A stretch of DNA of 49,273 nt from Terriglobia bacterium. GTDB lineage: Bacteria; Acidobacteriota; Terriglobia; 20CM-2-55-15. Shown piece by piece: positions 27,419 through 38,290 of this stretch. The position numbers and the translations under genes are program-made. Position 1 is the first letter of the stretch. Each line of letters opens with the position of its first letter. The stretch covers positions 1 through 49,273 of the forward strand of contig CAXWPJ010000008.1 of assembly GCA_963664115.2 (NCBI GenBank), given 5' to 3'. Below the pieces are notes generated by a model that ran no database searches, was not told the DNA's origin, and saw only the letters and a list, made by a program, of their open reading frames with translations.

Positions 27419-28246
27419 CTATGCCCCCCGGTATTCGCCCTCGGCAACGACGTTTGCGGTTGCGACGAGCCTCAAGCGATTGCTGTCGGCGTTCCACTCC
27501 ACTTCGAGCGTTCCATATTGGGTGTGAACTGTCACAACGCGTTCGGCGCGCTTGTTGAGAATAGCTGCGACCGCGGCACCGCAGGAACCGGTCCCAGAGG
27601 CCGGAGTTCGACCGACGCCCCGTTCCCAGAACGCAACTTCTATTTCTTTCGGATTGCGAACATGAATAAATTCTACGTTCGTCCTGTTCGGAAATGCGGG
27701 ATGTGCTTCGAGTTTTGGACCGAGCGTATTGATCACCTCTTCCTCGATGGCGTCGACAAACAGGGAGCAATGTGGGTTTCCGGTGGAACACGCCGTGATC
27801 GAAACAGGATTGCCCTCGATTTCCACGGTGAAGTCCACAACTTGCTCAAGCGGTTCTGGCGCAATGAAAGGTATGTCTTCGGGTGCAAGTGCTGGAACCC
27901 CCATGTCGGCTGCGTAGCGGTCTCCATCCTGTTCCAGGACGTAAATGCCCGATACGGTCTGGAGCTGAATCCGACCATCCCCGGTTTTCCCGGACTGCAG
28001 TAGATATGCAGCCGCACAACGGAGTCCGTTTCCCGAACATTCGGCTTCGCTGCCGTCCATGTTGAATATCCGGAGTTGGAATGCCTCCGGACCAGGGTCC
28101 CAAAGGATCAGTCCGTCCGCGCCGACGCCCAGCCGCCGGTCACAGATCCGGCGCGCGAGCGACGCGTAGTTGGTGTCGGTAACGCGATGTTGCTCGACGA
28201 GCAAGAAATCGTTTCCGAGCGCTTGAGTTTTGACAAAGGCCAACAC
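27419..28246 (-). CDS. dapF: Diaminopimelate epimerase
   Basis: GNDF, GADG, ECSGNGLRC, GNPH, ERGVG.T.ASGTG. Confidence 0.94.
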   Translation of the reverse strand: MLAFVKTQALGNDFLLVEQHRVTDTNYASLARRICDRRLGVGADGLILWDPGPEAFQLRIFNMDGSEAECSGNGLRCAAAYLLQSGKTGDGRIQLQTVSGIYVLEQDGDRYAADMGVPALAPEDIPFIAPEPLEQVVDFTVEIEGNPVSITACSTGNPHCSLFVDAIEEEVINTLGPKLEAHPAFPNRTNVEFIHVRNPKEIEVAFWERGVGRTPASGTGSCGAAVAAILNKRAERVVTVHTQYGTLEVEWNADSNRLRLVATANVVAEGEYRGA

Positions 28247-28337
28247 TTTCCGCTACTCCACGCCCATCCGTGTTTCAATAAATGTTTCCGACTCGATCAC
28301 ATCGGACGTGTCCATTGTTGTTCGTTTCATGATCGTT

Positions 28338-29249
28338 CTAAATCGCTTCGAAATGGGTCAAGCTCTTGAACTGTCGGAACCGTTCGTCGAGGGCAGTTCT
28401 GGTCAGACGCCCCAATCCGTTCAGGCTGAACTCTTCCACGTTGAACGATGCCATGACGGACCCGTAAACGATGGACTGGCGAAGAATGACGTCATCCAAC
28501 TTTCCGGACTGTGCGAGGTGGCCCATGAACCCACCTGCAAACGAGTCACCGGCTCCTGTCGGATCATAAACTTCTTCGAGGGGAAACGCAGGCGCGCCGA
28601 AGACGGACTCTTCGTTGAACATCAGCACGCCGTATTCACCGCGTTTGACGATCAGAATGCGTGGGCCCATGGCGCGGATTTTGTTTGCCGCTCGTACCAG
28701 GTTGGGTTCGTCTGCCAACATACGCGTTTCGCCATCGTTGATAATCAGGATGTCGACTCTGGAGAGAGTCTTTTTCAGAGCGTCAACCTTGCCGTCGATC
28801 CAGAAATTCATAGTGTCACAGGCCACGACTCTGGGCTGAGAGATCTGATCGAGGACTTGGAGCTGCAACTCCGGATCGATGTTTCCAAGAAACACATACT
28901 CTGATGTTTTATAAGAATCCGGTATGTCCGGCTTGAACGATTCGAACACGTTGAGTTGGGTGTCGAGCGTGTGTGCTTCGTTCAAATCTAAACCGTACTC
29001 GCCCTTCCAGCGAAAAGTCGCGCCTTCGGAACGCACCAAACCGGATGTATCGATGTTGTGGCGCCTGAACGGTGCCCCAAGCTCTTCGGTGAAATCTGTG
29101 CCGACGACGGCGACGACCCGGACCTGGGAAAAGAAACTGGCGGCAACCGAGAAGTAGGTCGCGGACCCGCCCAAGACATCTTCAGCTTCTCCAAATGGAG
29201 TCTTAACAGAGTCGAGAGCAACCGACCCGACGACTAATATCGATGACAT
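28338..29249 (-). CDS. PfkB family carbohydrate/nucleoside kinase
   Basis: GGSATY, DPTGAGDSFAGG. Confidence 0.92.
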   Translation of the reverse strand: MSSILVVGSVALDSVKTPFGEAEDVLGGSATYFSVAASFFSQVRVVAVVGTDFTEELGAPFRRHNIDTSGLVRSEGATFRWKGEYGLDLNEAHTLDTQLNVFESFKPDIPDSYKTSEYVFLGNIDPELQLQVLDQISQPRVVACDTMNFWIDGKVDALKKTLSRVDILIINDGETRMLADEPNLVRAANKIRAMGPRILIVKRGEYGVLMFNEESVFGAPAFPLEEVYDPTGAGDSFAGGFMGHLAQSGKLDDVILRQSIVYGSVMASFNVEEFSLNGLGRLTRTALDERFRQFKSLTHFEAI

Positions 29250-29308
29250 TGAAAGTCTCCAAGGTTAACCACAGATGATAGCTTAAGTTGTAATCCGCGC
29301 CGGCGGAC

Positions 29309-30265
29309 TCAGGGCAACTGGCCCTCGGACCTACACGCGTAACTAAAGCCGAAAGGCGTGCCCGCGTAGACCGTATCGGCATGTGCGTCGAGCAGTGAAC
29401 GCTGCGTCTGGCTGATGCTCACTTTTCCGGTCAAGAGTACGGCCAGGATAGCCGAGAGCATCACCCCGGTTCCCAGAATGCCGCCTTCCGGACCGTACGC
29501 ACCGCCCATCAGCCAGTCTGCTCCCTGTCCCTCGCCTATCCAGACCGATCGCATCGTGATTCCGGAAACAGGGAACCCGAATATCGGCCCGATCGCAAGG
29601 TTCCAGCCGATATGGATACCGTAGGGGAACCAAAGGGAACGGGTCCGAAGGTATGCCAAACACAGCAGTAAACCGGCAAGAAAGGTATTGAGTGTCCCGA
29701 CCCAGGTCGCATCCGGGTTGAAGTAATGGCCCAGACCGAACAGCAATGACATAACGAACATTGCTGGCCAGGGCCCGATCGCCACCATCAACACCTGGAG
29801 AGGGTACCCTCGAAAGAGGAGTTCTTCGTTGGCGGCGGATACGGTCAGAATGAGAACAGTTAGAATCCACGGACTCCAGAAATTGCTATCGCGGAGGGTT
29901 GCCTCGATGTTGAGTCCTCCCAATGCAGCGCTGAACCCGCTGTAAAACCCAAGCATCAACGCGGAGACCGCCAGTCCAATTCCAACGTCCTTCACCCATG
30001 ATTCATGGAAGCTAACTCCGTAAGTCGCCACGGGAACGTGGTCGACGAAGCGGATCATGAACAGGAGGGTGAGGGTGACCGGGACGAGCAGTGCCAAGGC
30101 GTTGATGCCCAGCAAGGCGACGTCGTTTCGAGCGATGAACGGATCCCTGAACAACACGGACATCAAGGCGCCGTTGGCCAGCAAAAGCACGGCGAATACA
30201 GTCATGTAGAGCGCGAAGCGCCATCCGGAACGCAGGCTTGAATCGTTAGTGAAGAAGACAGGCAA
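29309..30265 (-). CDS. CPBP family intramembrane metalloprotease
   Basis: EELLFRGY, FGLGH, HIGWN, GPEGG. Confidence 0.9.
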   Translation of the reverse strand: MPVFFTNDSSLRSGWRFALYMTVFAVLLLANGALMSVLFRDPFIARNDVALLGINALALLVPVTLTLLFMIRFVDHVPVATYGVSFHESWVKDVGIGLAVSALMLGFYSGFSAALGGLNIEATLRDSNFWSPWILTVLILTVSAANEELLFRGYPLQVLMVAIGPWPAMFVMSLLFGLGHYFNPDATWVGTLNTFLAGLLLCLAYLRTRSLWFPYGIHIGWNLAIGPIFGFPVSGITMRSVWIGEGQGADWLMGGAYGPEGGILGTGVMLSAILAVLLTGKVSISQTQRSLLDAHADTVYAGTPFGFSYACRSEGQLP

Positions 30266-30274
30266 ATGTGGGTG

Positions 30275-31141
30275 CTATGAAACGTACTTGTCAATGAGCA
30301 AAGACAAGCGTTGCTTCGTCTCGTCCGGAATCTTGGCCGGATCCGTTATCAGCGCGTGGCGCAAGGCATCTTGGCACGCGCAGGTCCTCTCATCCGGCAT
30401 TTGCTCTACAGCTTCCCGAATGATCGCTTGGGCGTGCACGGCGTTTTTTTGGAGGTTTGCGATGATTTCACTCACGGTTACTGCGTGGTGCTGGGGGTGC
30501 CAGCAATCGTAATCGGTGACCAGCGCGATCGTCGTATAGCAGATCTCTGCTTCCCGGGCGAGTTTGGCCTCCTGCAGGTTCGTCATGCCAATGATATCCA
30601 TGCCCCAACTTCGATAAACCATCGATTCGGCTTTCGTCGAGAACTGCGGCCCTTCCATGCACAAGTATGTGCCGCCGCGCTTTACCGGTATTCCGGTCTG
30701 GGCTCCGGCATGTACCACTGCTTCCGACAAATCGTGACATATCGGGTCGGCGAAGCTGACGTGCGCAACGAGTCCGTCTCCGAAGAAAGTGGATTTCCGT
30801 GTCCGGGTTCGGTCGAAAAACTGATTCGGCACGAGAATGTCGAGGGGGTGATGTTCTTCTTTGAGGGAGCCGACGGCGCTCGCCGACAGGATTCTTTCCA
30901 CGCCGAGTTTCTTGAACCCGAATATGTTTGCGCGGAAATTTATATCCGACGGCGCGACGGTGTGGCCCCTGCCATGGCGTGCGAGAAAGGCGACCCGACG
31001 TCCACCGATGGACCCTGTGCGGTAAGCGTCGGAAGGTGCGCCGAAGGGCGTTCCAACGCTGACTTCGTCGACGTCCGTCAAGCCGTCCATGTCATAGAGT
31101 CCACTGCCCCCGACGATTCCTAATTTGATAACAGTTTCCAT
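30275..31141 (-). CDS. mtnP: S-methyl-5'-thioadenosine phosphorylase
   Basis: GIVGGSG, LARHG, EGPQFST.AES, GMT, VTDYDCW. Confidence 0.94.
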   Translation of the reverse strand: METVIKLGIVGGSGLYDMDGLTDVDEVSVGTPFGAPSDAYRTGSIGGRRVAFLARHGRGHTVAPSDINFRANIFGFKKLGVERILSASAVGSLKEEHHPLDILVPNQFFDRTRTRKSTFFGDGLVAHVSFADPICHDLSEAVVHAGAQTGIPVKRGGTYLCMEGPQFSTKAESMVYRSWGMDIIGMTNLQEAKLAREAEICYTTIALVTDYDCWHPQHHAVTVSEIIANLQKNAVHAQAIIREAVEQMPDERTCACQDALRHALITDPAKIPDETKQRLSLLIDKYVS

Positions 31142-31217
31142 TTTCGAACGATTCCAACAGAGCAAGCTCCAGCCATCCACTTAGAGATTGTTTGGCGCTA
31201 ACTTGTCTGTTGGCCTC

Positions 31218-31760
31218 TTACAATGTTGGTTCGATCATCGTCCAGGACGACTCGCAATCGCCGCAGCAATAACGGTGTCCAGACGCTTCGAAGCTTTCAA
31301 GGCGGACGAAAGACGATGCGCAGAAGGGGCAGTAGTTGATAGCGCCTTCGGGTTCAAACTTGGCGTCGATTTTGTCTCCAAATTCCTCAACGGACGAAAG
31401 CAGCGATTCGACGATCAGTGCCTGACCGCGACGCCAGTCGTCTTTGGCCGGCCAAAAAATCTCGATCGTCAGCGAAAACCAACCGTGCGGTGCCGGGGGG
31501 GAGTCGCTTTCCTCCCCGTAGTCGACCAGACAGTCGGTTCGGCAGTCAGTACCCGTCAGCTTCGTGTCGAGAACCCGGAGCAGTTCCATCATGCGGCCCA
31601 TCCCGGATGTTCCGCGCACTTCCAAGTCGAACCATACGCTGTCTTCAGGCTCGTGTCCGGCACAACATCCGGTCACCTCCAGCCAGGAGATCGTGCTCAG
31701 CTTGCGCAGAACAGGACGAAGAATGCTATCCGCTTGATTCAGAAGATCCGGATTCGACAT
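31218..31760 (-). CDS. Hypothetical protein with TGCCAGH motif and C-terminal zinc ribbon
   Basis: Acidic protein; CPFC..CGDC; likely ATG 31760. Confidence 0.65.
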   Translation of the reverse strand: MSNPDLLNQADSILRPVLRKLSTISWLEVTGCCAGHEPEDSVWFDLEVRGTSGMGRMMELLRVLDTKLTGTDCRTDCLVDYGEESDSPPAPHGWFSLTIEIFWPAKDDWRRGQALIVESLLSSVEEFGDKIDAKFEPEGAINYCPFCASSFVRLESFEASGHRYCCGDCESSWTMIEPTL

Positions 31761-31891
31761 GATTTGAGGATAGCACACGCAGGGAATCAGCTCAGTCAGG
31801 GGACTGGCCGCACTGCGCCCGGGCTGCGGGGGTACAACTATCCTCGGCTCCGCCGGGAGGAGGCCGGGGTGTGCTGCATGGTCCGGCGTCG

Positions 31892-32809
31892 TCACGCGAA
31901 ATGCTGCCAACCCCTTGGGGCGAGAATTTCCTCGCCAGCATCCGTCACCAGGTGAATCTGATGGGGTCCGCTCGAATCCGTGATTTGACCGACCGCAGTG
32001 ATGGGAATGTTTTCAAAATGATCGGGGATGCCACTGCCCGTTACGATTAGTTCGTAGTCTTCACCCCCATGTAGAGCCATGTCGATATCGACTCCGGGAT
32101 GGCGTGGAATCCGGAACGGCTCGATTCGGGCTGAAACGCCCGATTCTTCGAGAATGTGTGTCAGGTCAACAGAGAATCCATCGCTAACGTCGATCATTGC
32201 AGTGACCTGGGGCGCGAGCGCCTGACCGAGCCTGTGGCGGGGAACTGGATAGAGGTGCCGGCGCACGTTTACATCATCAACTGGACTGCCATGCTCGAGC
32301 AGTGTGAGGCCTCGTGCCGATCCGCCCAGAGATCCAGTCACGTAGATGCCGTCACCGGGTCGCGCGCCTCCACGGCTGACGGCGTGTCCGGGTCGGACAT
32401 GACCGATGAGGGACACGTCGATGAAAATCTTCTCGGCCATCGAGGAGTCACCACCGACCAGGTGAATATCAAAGGCCTCGCAGGCTTTGGCGATACCGTC
32501 GAAAAAAGCCTCAGTCCATTGCGTATCCAAATCTGAAGGCACGGCCAGCGAGAGCAGGGCAAAGGCGGGCACGGCTCCCATTGCGCCTACGTCACTCACG
32601 TTGATTGCGATAGCCTTGAAGCCTAATGAATCGGCCGGATGGGTCGAGCGGCGGAAGTGCGTCCCTTCGACCAACATGTCAGCGCATAGGACAGTCGAAG
32701 ATCCAGGTGGCAAGTCCACAACCGCGGCATCGTCCCCGATACCGATCCCTGTTGATAACTCAGCAAAACGGCGCCGAATCCGTTCGATGAGTTGTTTCTC
32801 GGTAAACAC
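31892..32809 (-). CDS. thiL: Thiamine-monophosphate kinase
   Basis: GIGDDAA, NVSDVGAMG, GGD, IDVSDG, GGEDYEL. Confidence 0.96.
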   Translation of the reverse strand: MFTEKQLIERIRRRFAELSTGIGIGDDAAVVDLPPGSSTVLCADMLVEGTHFRRSTHPADSLGFKAIAINVSDVGAMGAVPAFALLSLAVPSDLDTQWTEAFFDGIAKACEAFDIHLVGGDSSMAEKIFIDVSLIGHVRPGHAVSRGGARPGDGIYVTGSLGGSARGLTLLEHGSPVDDVNVRRHLYPVPRHRLGQALAPQVTAMIDVSDGFSVDLTHILEESGVSARIEPFRIPRHPGVDIDMALHGGEDYELIVTGSGIPDHFENIPITAVGQITDSSGPHQIHLVTDAGEEILAPRGWQHFA

Positions 32810-32891
32810 TCCAGAACCTTAACCACAGAAGCGCAGAGGTAGATAAGTAGAACTGCCGCTTTGATCTGAGTACATTTGCTTCAACAGTTGT

Positions 32892-35387
32892 CTAGCCTGG
32901 TTTCTTTTTCTGCTTCGCGGTCTGCTTCTTGCCTTGCGGTTTCCTGGTCTTTCGAGTGGTAGATGGGACCCCCCGAGAGGACGTCCTCCCCCGGTCGTCA
33001 ACTATGGCGTAGCCCAGTACCTCTTTGACGTTCTCTACGAATATAAAGTTCATGTCGGCTTTCAGAGTTTTGCTGATGTCCTCGAGATCCCGTTCGTTGA
33101 GTTTCGGAAGTATGACCGTGCGAATACCGGCCCGCATGGCAGCCAGAACTTTTTCTTTGATTCCGCCCACCGGAAGGACTTCACCACGTAGGGTGATTTC
33201 CCCCGTCATAGCTATGTTGCGGTGAACCGGTCGATCTGAGAGCAAAGATATGATCGACGTCGCCATCGTGACGCCCGCCGAGGGCCCGTCCTTGGGTATC
33301 GAACCCTCCGGAACGTGAATGTGGATGTCATGCGATGCGAAGAAATCTTCGTCAATACCGTAGATACGTGCCCTGGAGCGGGCATAGCTCATCGCGGCCT
33401 GAGCGGACTCGCGCATGACGTCGCCCAATTGACCCGTGAGTGTGAGCGTCCCTTTGCCCTTCATGGCCGTCGATTCGACAAATAAGATGTCTCCACCTGC
33501 AGCCGTCCATGCCAGTCCGGTGGCAACGCCAACAACGTCCTTCTTCAGCAGTGCGTCGCGAAACACTTTCGGGCGTCCCAGATACCGATCGACTTCCCGT
33601 GCTGTCAGGCGTCGTTTCGTTTTTTTACCCATGGCGACCTGCCGGGCGATCTTGCGGCAGATGCTAGCGATCTCGCGTTCGAGGTTTCTCAGCCCAGCTT
33701 CGTGCGTGTAGCCGCTGATAATCAATCGCAGGGCCGGTTCGGTGAATTCGGCATGCTTGGATGTCAGGCCATGTTCTTCGATTTGTTTGGGGATCAGATG
33801 CCTTTGAGCGATGGCCACTTTTTCCTCTTCTGTATACCCGCCGAGCGCAATGACCTCCATGCGGTCACGGAAAGCAGGCTGTATCGTGTCCAGCATGTTC
33901 GCCGTCGTGATGAACATCACGTTGGAAAGATCAAATGGGACTCCGAGATAGTTGTCGCGGAACGCAAAGTTTTGTTCGGGATCAAGCACCTCCAGGAGGG
34001 CTGACGAGGGATCACCCCTGAAATCAGCGCCGATCTTGTCGACTTCGTCCATCATGAAGACAGGATTGTTGGTGCCCGCCTGTTGGATGCTTTGGATGAT
34101 GCGTCCCGGCATGGCGCCAACATAGGTGCGCCGGTGACCCCGAATCTCAGCTTCGTCGTGGACTCCCCCGAGACTGAGTCTGACGAATTCGCGCCCCAGT
34201 GCCCGGGCGATAGAACGTCCCAGCGAGGTCTTACCCACTCCCGGTGGGCCCGCGAAGCACAGAATGGGGCCACGTGTCTTCTTCTTCAACTTCCGAACAG
34301 CAAGGTGTTCGATAATCCGTTCCTTAATTTTCTTCAGTCCGTAATGGTCTTCGTCGAGAATCTTCTGGGCCTTTCGAAGGTTCAGATTGTCTTCCGTTGC
34401 CTTCGACCACGGCAGGCTCACAATCGAGTCCAAATAGTTTCTTAGCGTTGCGGTTTCTGCCGCGTCGGGGTGCATGCGTTCCAAGCGGCCGACTTGCCGC
34501 TCTGCTTCCTCAGCAGCTTCAGCGGACATGCCACACTCGCGAATCTGTGTGCGGTATTGCTCGATTTCCTCGAAAAGCTCGGTGCCTTCTCCCAGTTCCT
34601 GCTGGATGGCCTTCATCTGCTGCCGCAGGTAGTACTCCCGTTGGGTCCTGTCGATTTCACCCTTGGCCTGGGTGCTGATGTCGTGCTGAATGTGGAGTAC
34701 TTCGATTTCCTTACCCAGTAACTGGTTGACCTCCTGGAGTCTCTCGACGGGATCGATGATCTCAAGTATCCCCTGTGCGGCTTCTGTCTTCAGATCCATA
34801 TTCGAAGCGATCAGATCGGCGAGCCGGCCGGGGTCTTCCAGATTTGCCGCGATGACCGCGATGTCCTGAGAAATCATCTTTCCCAACGAAATCACTTGTT
34901 CTAGAGAAGACTTGACGCTCCGAATCAGAGCCTCCAGTTCCAGAGTCTCGGACTTCGGGGGCATTTCGAGTTCTGGGAAAACGTGCGCTTTCAAGAATGG
35001 CTCGGTCCGGGGCAGATACTCGACACTCGCCCGGGCAAAGCCTTGGACCAGGATGCGCACGCGCCCGTCGGGAAGCTTCAGCATGCGCATGATCAACGCG
35101 ACTGTTCCGACCGGGTGGAGGTCTTCTGGTTTGGGTTCGTCCACTTCAGGATCTTTCTGGGACACTACAAGGATCATTCTGTTTTCGGCGAGGGACTGAT
35201 CCACGGCCTGAACGGACCGCTCCCGATTTACGAATAGAGGTACGATCATGTAGGGGAAAACCACCGTGTCAGGTAAGGGTAGAACCGGTAATATCTCGGG
35301 GATGGCTACTTGCTGTTCGTCTCGAATATCGTCGGTGCTTTCGTTTTTCAGTATTTCCATGGCATCGTTGGTGTCGTTGTTCGTCAA
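32892..35387 (-). CDS. lon: ATP-dependent Lon protease
   Basis: [31 protein letters not shown]. Confidence 0.98.
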   Translation of the reverse strand: MTNNDTNDAMEILKNESTDDIRDEQQVAIPEILPVLPLPDTVVFPYMIVPLFVNRERSVQAVDQSLAENRMILVVSQKDPEVDEPKPEDLHPVGTVALIMRMLKLPDGRVRILVQGFARASVEYLPRTEPFLKAHVFPELEMPPKSETLELEALIRSVKSSLEQVISLGKMISQDIAVIAANLEDPGRLADLIASNMDLKTEAAQGILEIIDPVERLQEVNQLLGKEIEVLHIQHDISTQAKGEIDRTQREYYLRQQMKAIQQELGEGTELFEEIEQYRTQIRECGMSAEAAEEAERQVGRLERMHPDAAETATLRNYLDSIVSLPWSKATEDNLNLRKAQKILDEDHYGLKKIKERIIEHLAVRKLKKKTRGPILCFAGPPGVGKTSLGRSIARALGREFVRLSLGGVHDEAEIRGHRRTYVGAMPGRIIQSIQQAGTNNPVFMMDEVDKIGADFRGDPSSALLEVLDPEQNFAFRDNYLGVPFDLSNVMFITTANMLDTIQPAFRDRMEVIALGGYTEEEKVAIAQRHLIPKQIEEHGLTSKHAEFTEPALRLIISGYTHEAGLRNLEREIASICRKIARQVAMGKKTKRRLTAREVDRYLGRPKVFRDALLKKDVVGVATGLAWTAAGGDILFVESTAMKGKGTLTLTGQLGDVMRESAQAAMSYARSRARIYGIDEDFFASHDIHIHVPEGSIPKDGPSAGVTMATSIISLLSDRPVHRNIAMTGEITLRGEVLPVGGIKEKVLAAMRAGIRTVILPKLNERDLEDISKTLKADMNFIFVENVKEVLGYAIVDDRGRTSSRGVPSTTRKTRKPQGKKQTAKQKKKPG

Positions 35388-35417
35388 GTGCCTCTACTCG
35401 TTAAAAATGGTCGCTAC

Positions 35418-35789
35418 CTAATCGATCGTTATCAACGAATCTTCAGCCCGGTCGACAAGCTTGGGGAGGCGGATGCGTAGCAACCCGTTTCGGAGGTCCG
35501 CCGTTGATTTTCCGAAATCGATGGCCGTGCTGATTGCGATGTCTCTCCTGAATCGGCCGTGCTGCCGCTCGACACACAGGTATCTGCAGCTTTCCTGCTC
35601 GGAGCTCTGATGTCGTTTGATTCCGGTAATTTCTAGTACATTGTTTCTCCAGCGCAGGCGAACATCCGATTTGTCCACACCGGGCAATTCCACCCTGACA
35701 ATAATTTCAGTGGGGCGTTCGTATACATCGATGATTGGAGTCCACGAAGAGCGAAGCCGTTCTTCGGGATCGAAATCGAAGTAGGCCAT
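35418..35789 (-). CDS. Hsp20/alpha-crystallin small heat-shock protein
   Basis: WTP.IDVYE, ELPGV, ER.HG.F.R, NGLL.I.LPK; TGATG coupling to nrdR. Confidence 0.9.
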   Translation of the reverse strand: MAYFDFDPEERLRSSWTPIIDVYERPTEIIVRVELPGVDKSDVRLRWRNNVLEITGIKRHQSSEQESCRYLCVERQHGRFRRDIAISTAIDFGKSTADLRNGLLRIRLPKLVDRAEDSLITID

Positions 35790-36247
35790 CACTCCCTGCC
35801 TTTGAGCAGATCCTCGAGCTCAGACATGAACTCCTGAACATCCTTAAAATCGAGATAGACGGACGCGAATCGAACATAGGCTACTTTGTCCAGGCTCTTC
35901 AAACCCGCCATGATGGACTCTCCAACACTTTCGGCGGAAACTTCCCGCACGGGAGACTCCTGAGCCAGAAGCTCGGCTCTGTCGGCGATCGCCTCGAGTT
36001 GGATCATTGAGACAGGACGTCGCTCCGAGGCCCGAAGCAATCCGGAAAGCACCTTCTGGCGGTCGAAACGCTCACGCCGACCGTCCTTCTTGACGACCAT
36101 GTAAGGAATTTCGTCTATCCGCTCATAGCTCGTAAAGCGGCGACCACACCCGATACATTGGCGTCTCCGCCGAATCGCCTCCCCTTCTTTGCTTTCCCGG
36201 GAATCGACGACTTTGTCGTGCAGGTGGCCGCAAAATGGACATTTCAT
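35789..36247 (-). CDS. nrdR: Transcriptional repressor NrdR
   Basis: [32 protein letters not shown]. Confidence 0.97.
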   Translation of the reverse strand: MKCPFCGHLHDKVVDSRESKEGEAIRRRRQCIGCGRRFTSYERIDEIPYMVVKKDGRRERFDRQKVLSGLLRASERRPVSMIQLEAIADRAELLAQESPVREVSAESVGESIMAGLKSLDKVAYVRFASVYLDFKDVQEFMSELEDLLKGRE

Positions 36248-36264
36248 AAGCTAACCCAAGCGCG

Positions 36265-37236
36265 TCAAGCAGGTTCCTGCGCCACCAGTTCGTGAGCGGA
36301 GATGCCTTTCCACATCATGTAGATCGCAGCAACGAGTAGCGTTGGTGTATAAGTGATGACCCACGCGATGAGCGATGCTGCGATTGCAGTTTCCACCGGC
36401 ACCAGAAAAAACGTTGTAAGGCAGAAGATGAACGCAGCCTGAAATCCCCCCCCGATTCCGGGCACCTGGGCGATTGATCCGATTGCCGACCCGACGAGTA
36501 TGAGCGTTGTTGCTGAGATCGGAAGATCGAAGTTCAGGCCCACTATCATGAACCAGAATTGTATCGCAATCACAAGCCACAACAGCAGCGAGTAGCCGGC
36601 AACGAATCCCAGGTTTCGAAGGTTCGAGGTTGCAGCGAGGCCCGCTCTGAAGGTCTCCATATACCTTCGAATCCGTCTTCCTGCGAATTTCTTCGCGACA
36701 ACCATCACGTATTTCTCGAACAAGATCGAAGCGCCCAGTGCCGAGCCAGCGACTACTAGTATTAACCACGCTGCTCGCGCCAGCAGTGACACCGAGTCCT
36801 CCGTTCCTATCGGGAGTTGGACGAAGGCGAGGCTGAGGGCGAGTAGTAGAAGCAGCATTAACAGATCGAAGACGCGCTCTAAAACGATTGCGGCGAATGA
36901 TCCGATCGTAGAGATGTCTTCCTTGCGCGCTATCCATACAGGCCGAACCAACTCCCCGGCGCGCCCGAGCGCGTAAATGGCGCCGAATCCGAGCAGGGTT
37001 GCCATGACCAGCGATCCCAAGCGGATCAGCTTTAGGGATATAAGTAAGACTTGCCATCGGAGGGCCCGGATCGCATAAGTGATAAACGTAACGACAATAG
37101 AAGCAAGTACCCAGGCCGGTCGGACCTTTGTAAAGCTTTCAAAGAACAGTACGGAGTCGAAATCTCGTTGGAACAGCAGCAATGTTGCGGTTATAAGAGC
37201 CGCGAAGCCTAATAAAAACCATAGTTTCCGGCTCAT
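36265..37236 (-). CDS. Lysylphosphatidylglycerol synthase TM-domain (UPF0104) flippase-like protein
   Basis: RALRW, RAGELVRP, ERVFD, PGIGG; many TM segments. Confidence 0.88.
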   Translation of the reverse strand: MSRKLWFLLGFAALITATLLLFQRDFDSVLFFESFTKVRPAWVLASIVVTFITYAIRALRWQVLLISLKLIRLGSLVMATLLGFGAIYALGRAGELVRPVWIARKEDISTIGSFAAIVLERVFDLLMLLLLLALSLAFVQLPIGTEDSVSLLARAAWLILVVAGSALGASILFEKYVMVVAKKFAGRRIRRYMETFRAGLAATSNLRNLGFVAGYSLLLWLVIAIQFWFMIVGLNFDLPISATTLILVGSAIGSIAQVPGIGGGFQAAFIFCLTTFFLVPVETAIAASLIAWVITYTPTLLVAAIYMMWKGISAHELVAQEPA

Positions 37237-37345
37237 ATCGGGGAATTATCGCAGAAAAAATGAACCGGCTACGAAACTTTTCTGTGCCGGCTCGTGTTTC
37301 TCTATAGTGAAAGATGTAGAGCCGCCGTGAGGATTGACGTGAGGC

Positions 37346-37504
37346 GATGCGCAAGCGGTAAGACAGAGTTTGTGCGCCGAACAGGGCCTATGGAAGACTC
37401 TTGTACGCCAACACTATGGGCGCATTTACGACCCCGCCTGCCGGTGTGCCGGGCGTTTCGACGAAGCTGATAGTCTGACATGAGAAATCTTTGTCAAAAT
37501 GTTT
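37346..37504 (+). pseudogene. ECF sigma factor N-terminal fragment (pseudogene)
   Basis: Manual translation DAQAVRQSLCAEQGLWKTLVRQHYGRIYDPACRCAGRFDEADSLT*EIFVKMF, in-frame TGA at 37481. Confidence 0.7.
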
Positions 37505-37559
37505 TGGGAGGCTGTGGTTCTCCGCAATCAGCAATTTCCGGGGGAAGAGAGTAGAGATC

Positions 37560-38258
37560 ATGATGCGTCGCGCGGGACCGGGTATCGTCTTTTGGTCTGT
37601 CATGTTGATCTCTATCGCTGTCGTCGGGCTGTTGCGCAGCCTGAGCTATGACGTCCCGATCTGGGAGGGATTGTCCAAGTACTGGCCCGTCCTCATCATC
37701 GGATGGGGTCTGGTCAAGCTCCTGGATTACTACCGGCTAAAGGCTGAGAAGCGCTCGCTATTTTCGGGTGCTGAAGTCGTGTTGCTGGTCTTGGTCCTCT
37801 TAGCCGGCAGCGCGTTCACAGCCGCCACGCACATGGGCTCTGATTTGAGTTTTTTCGGTATTCGGGACCAGGAATTGGATCTGTTCGACATTCTTGGCGA
37901 GAGCTTCGAGTTTTCGCGAACAATCCAAAGTGAAGCCGCCCCTGATGGGAGAATCGAAATCCACAACATGTATGGTTCGGTTGAGGTCGAACCTGGGGAC
38001 GCGGACGCAATCGTGGTTGAGGTACGGCTGAAAATTCGTGCGATTGACAGTGAGGAAGCCGGACGTCTGGAGCCCGACATAGAATTCACGATCGACCAAC
38101 GGGACGGTACTTACGTGATTGATTCCAACCGGGACGATCTGAGTGACTCGCGTAGCCGCCGTTTCAGATCCAGTTTGCGGGTTCGGGTTCCCAGAGACTC
38201 ACAGATTGAAGTAGACAACAGATACGGGACCGTCCGGATCATCGGTTTGAATCGTTAA
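37560..38258 (+). CDS. LiaF/DUF5668-like TM domain plus start of DUF4097-like beta-repeat, probably truncated
   Basis: KYWPVLIIGWGLVKL, IHNMYGSVEV, VRVP..VDNRYGTV then stop. Confidence 0.7.
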   Translation: MMRRAGPGIVFWSVMLISIAVVGLLRSLSYDVPIWEGLSKYWPVLIIGWGLVKLLDYYRLKAEKRSLFSGAEVVLLVLVLLAGSAFTAATHMGSDLSFFGIRDQELDLFDILGESFEFSRTIQSEAAPDGRIEIHNMYGSVEVEPGDADAIVVEVRLKIRAIDSEEAGRLEPDIEFTIDQRDGTYVIDSNRDDLSDSRSRRFRSSLRVRVPRDSQIEVDNRYGTVRIIGLNR

Positions 38259-38290
38259 ATCCGCGTAATCTTATGCAAATATCGGGTTTG

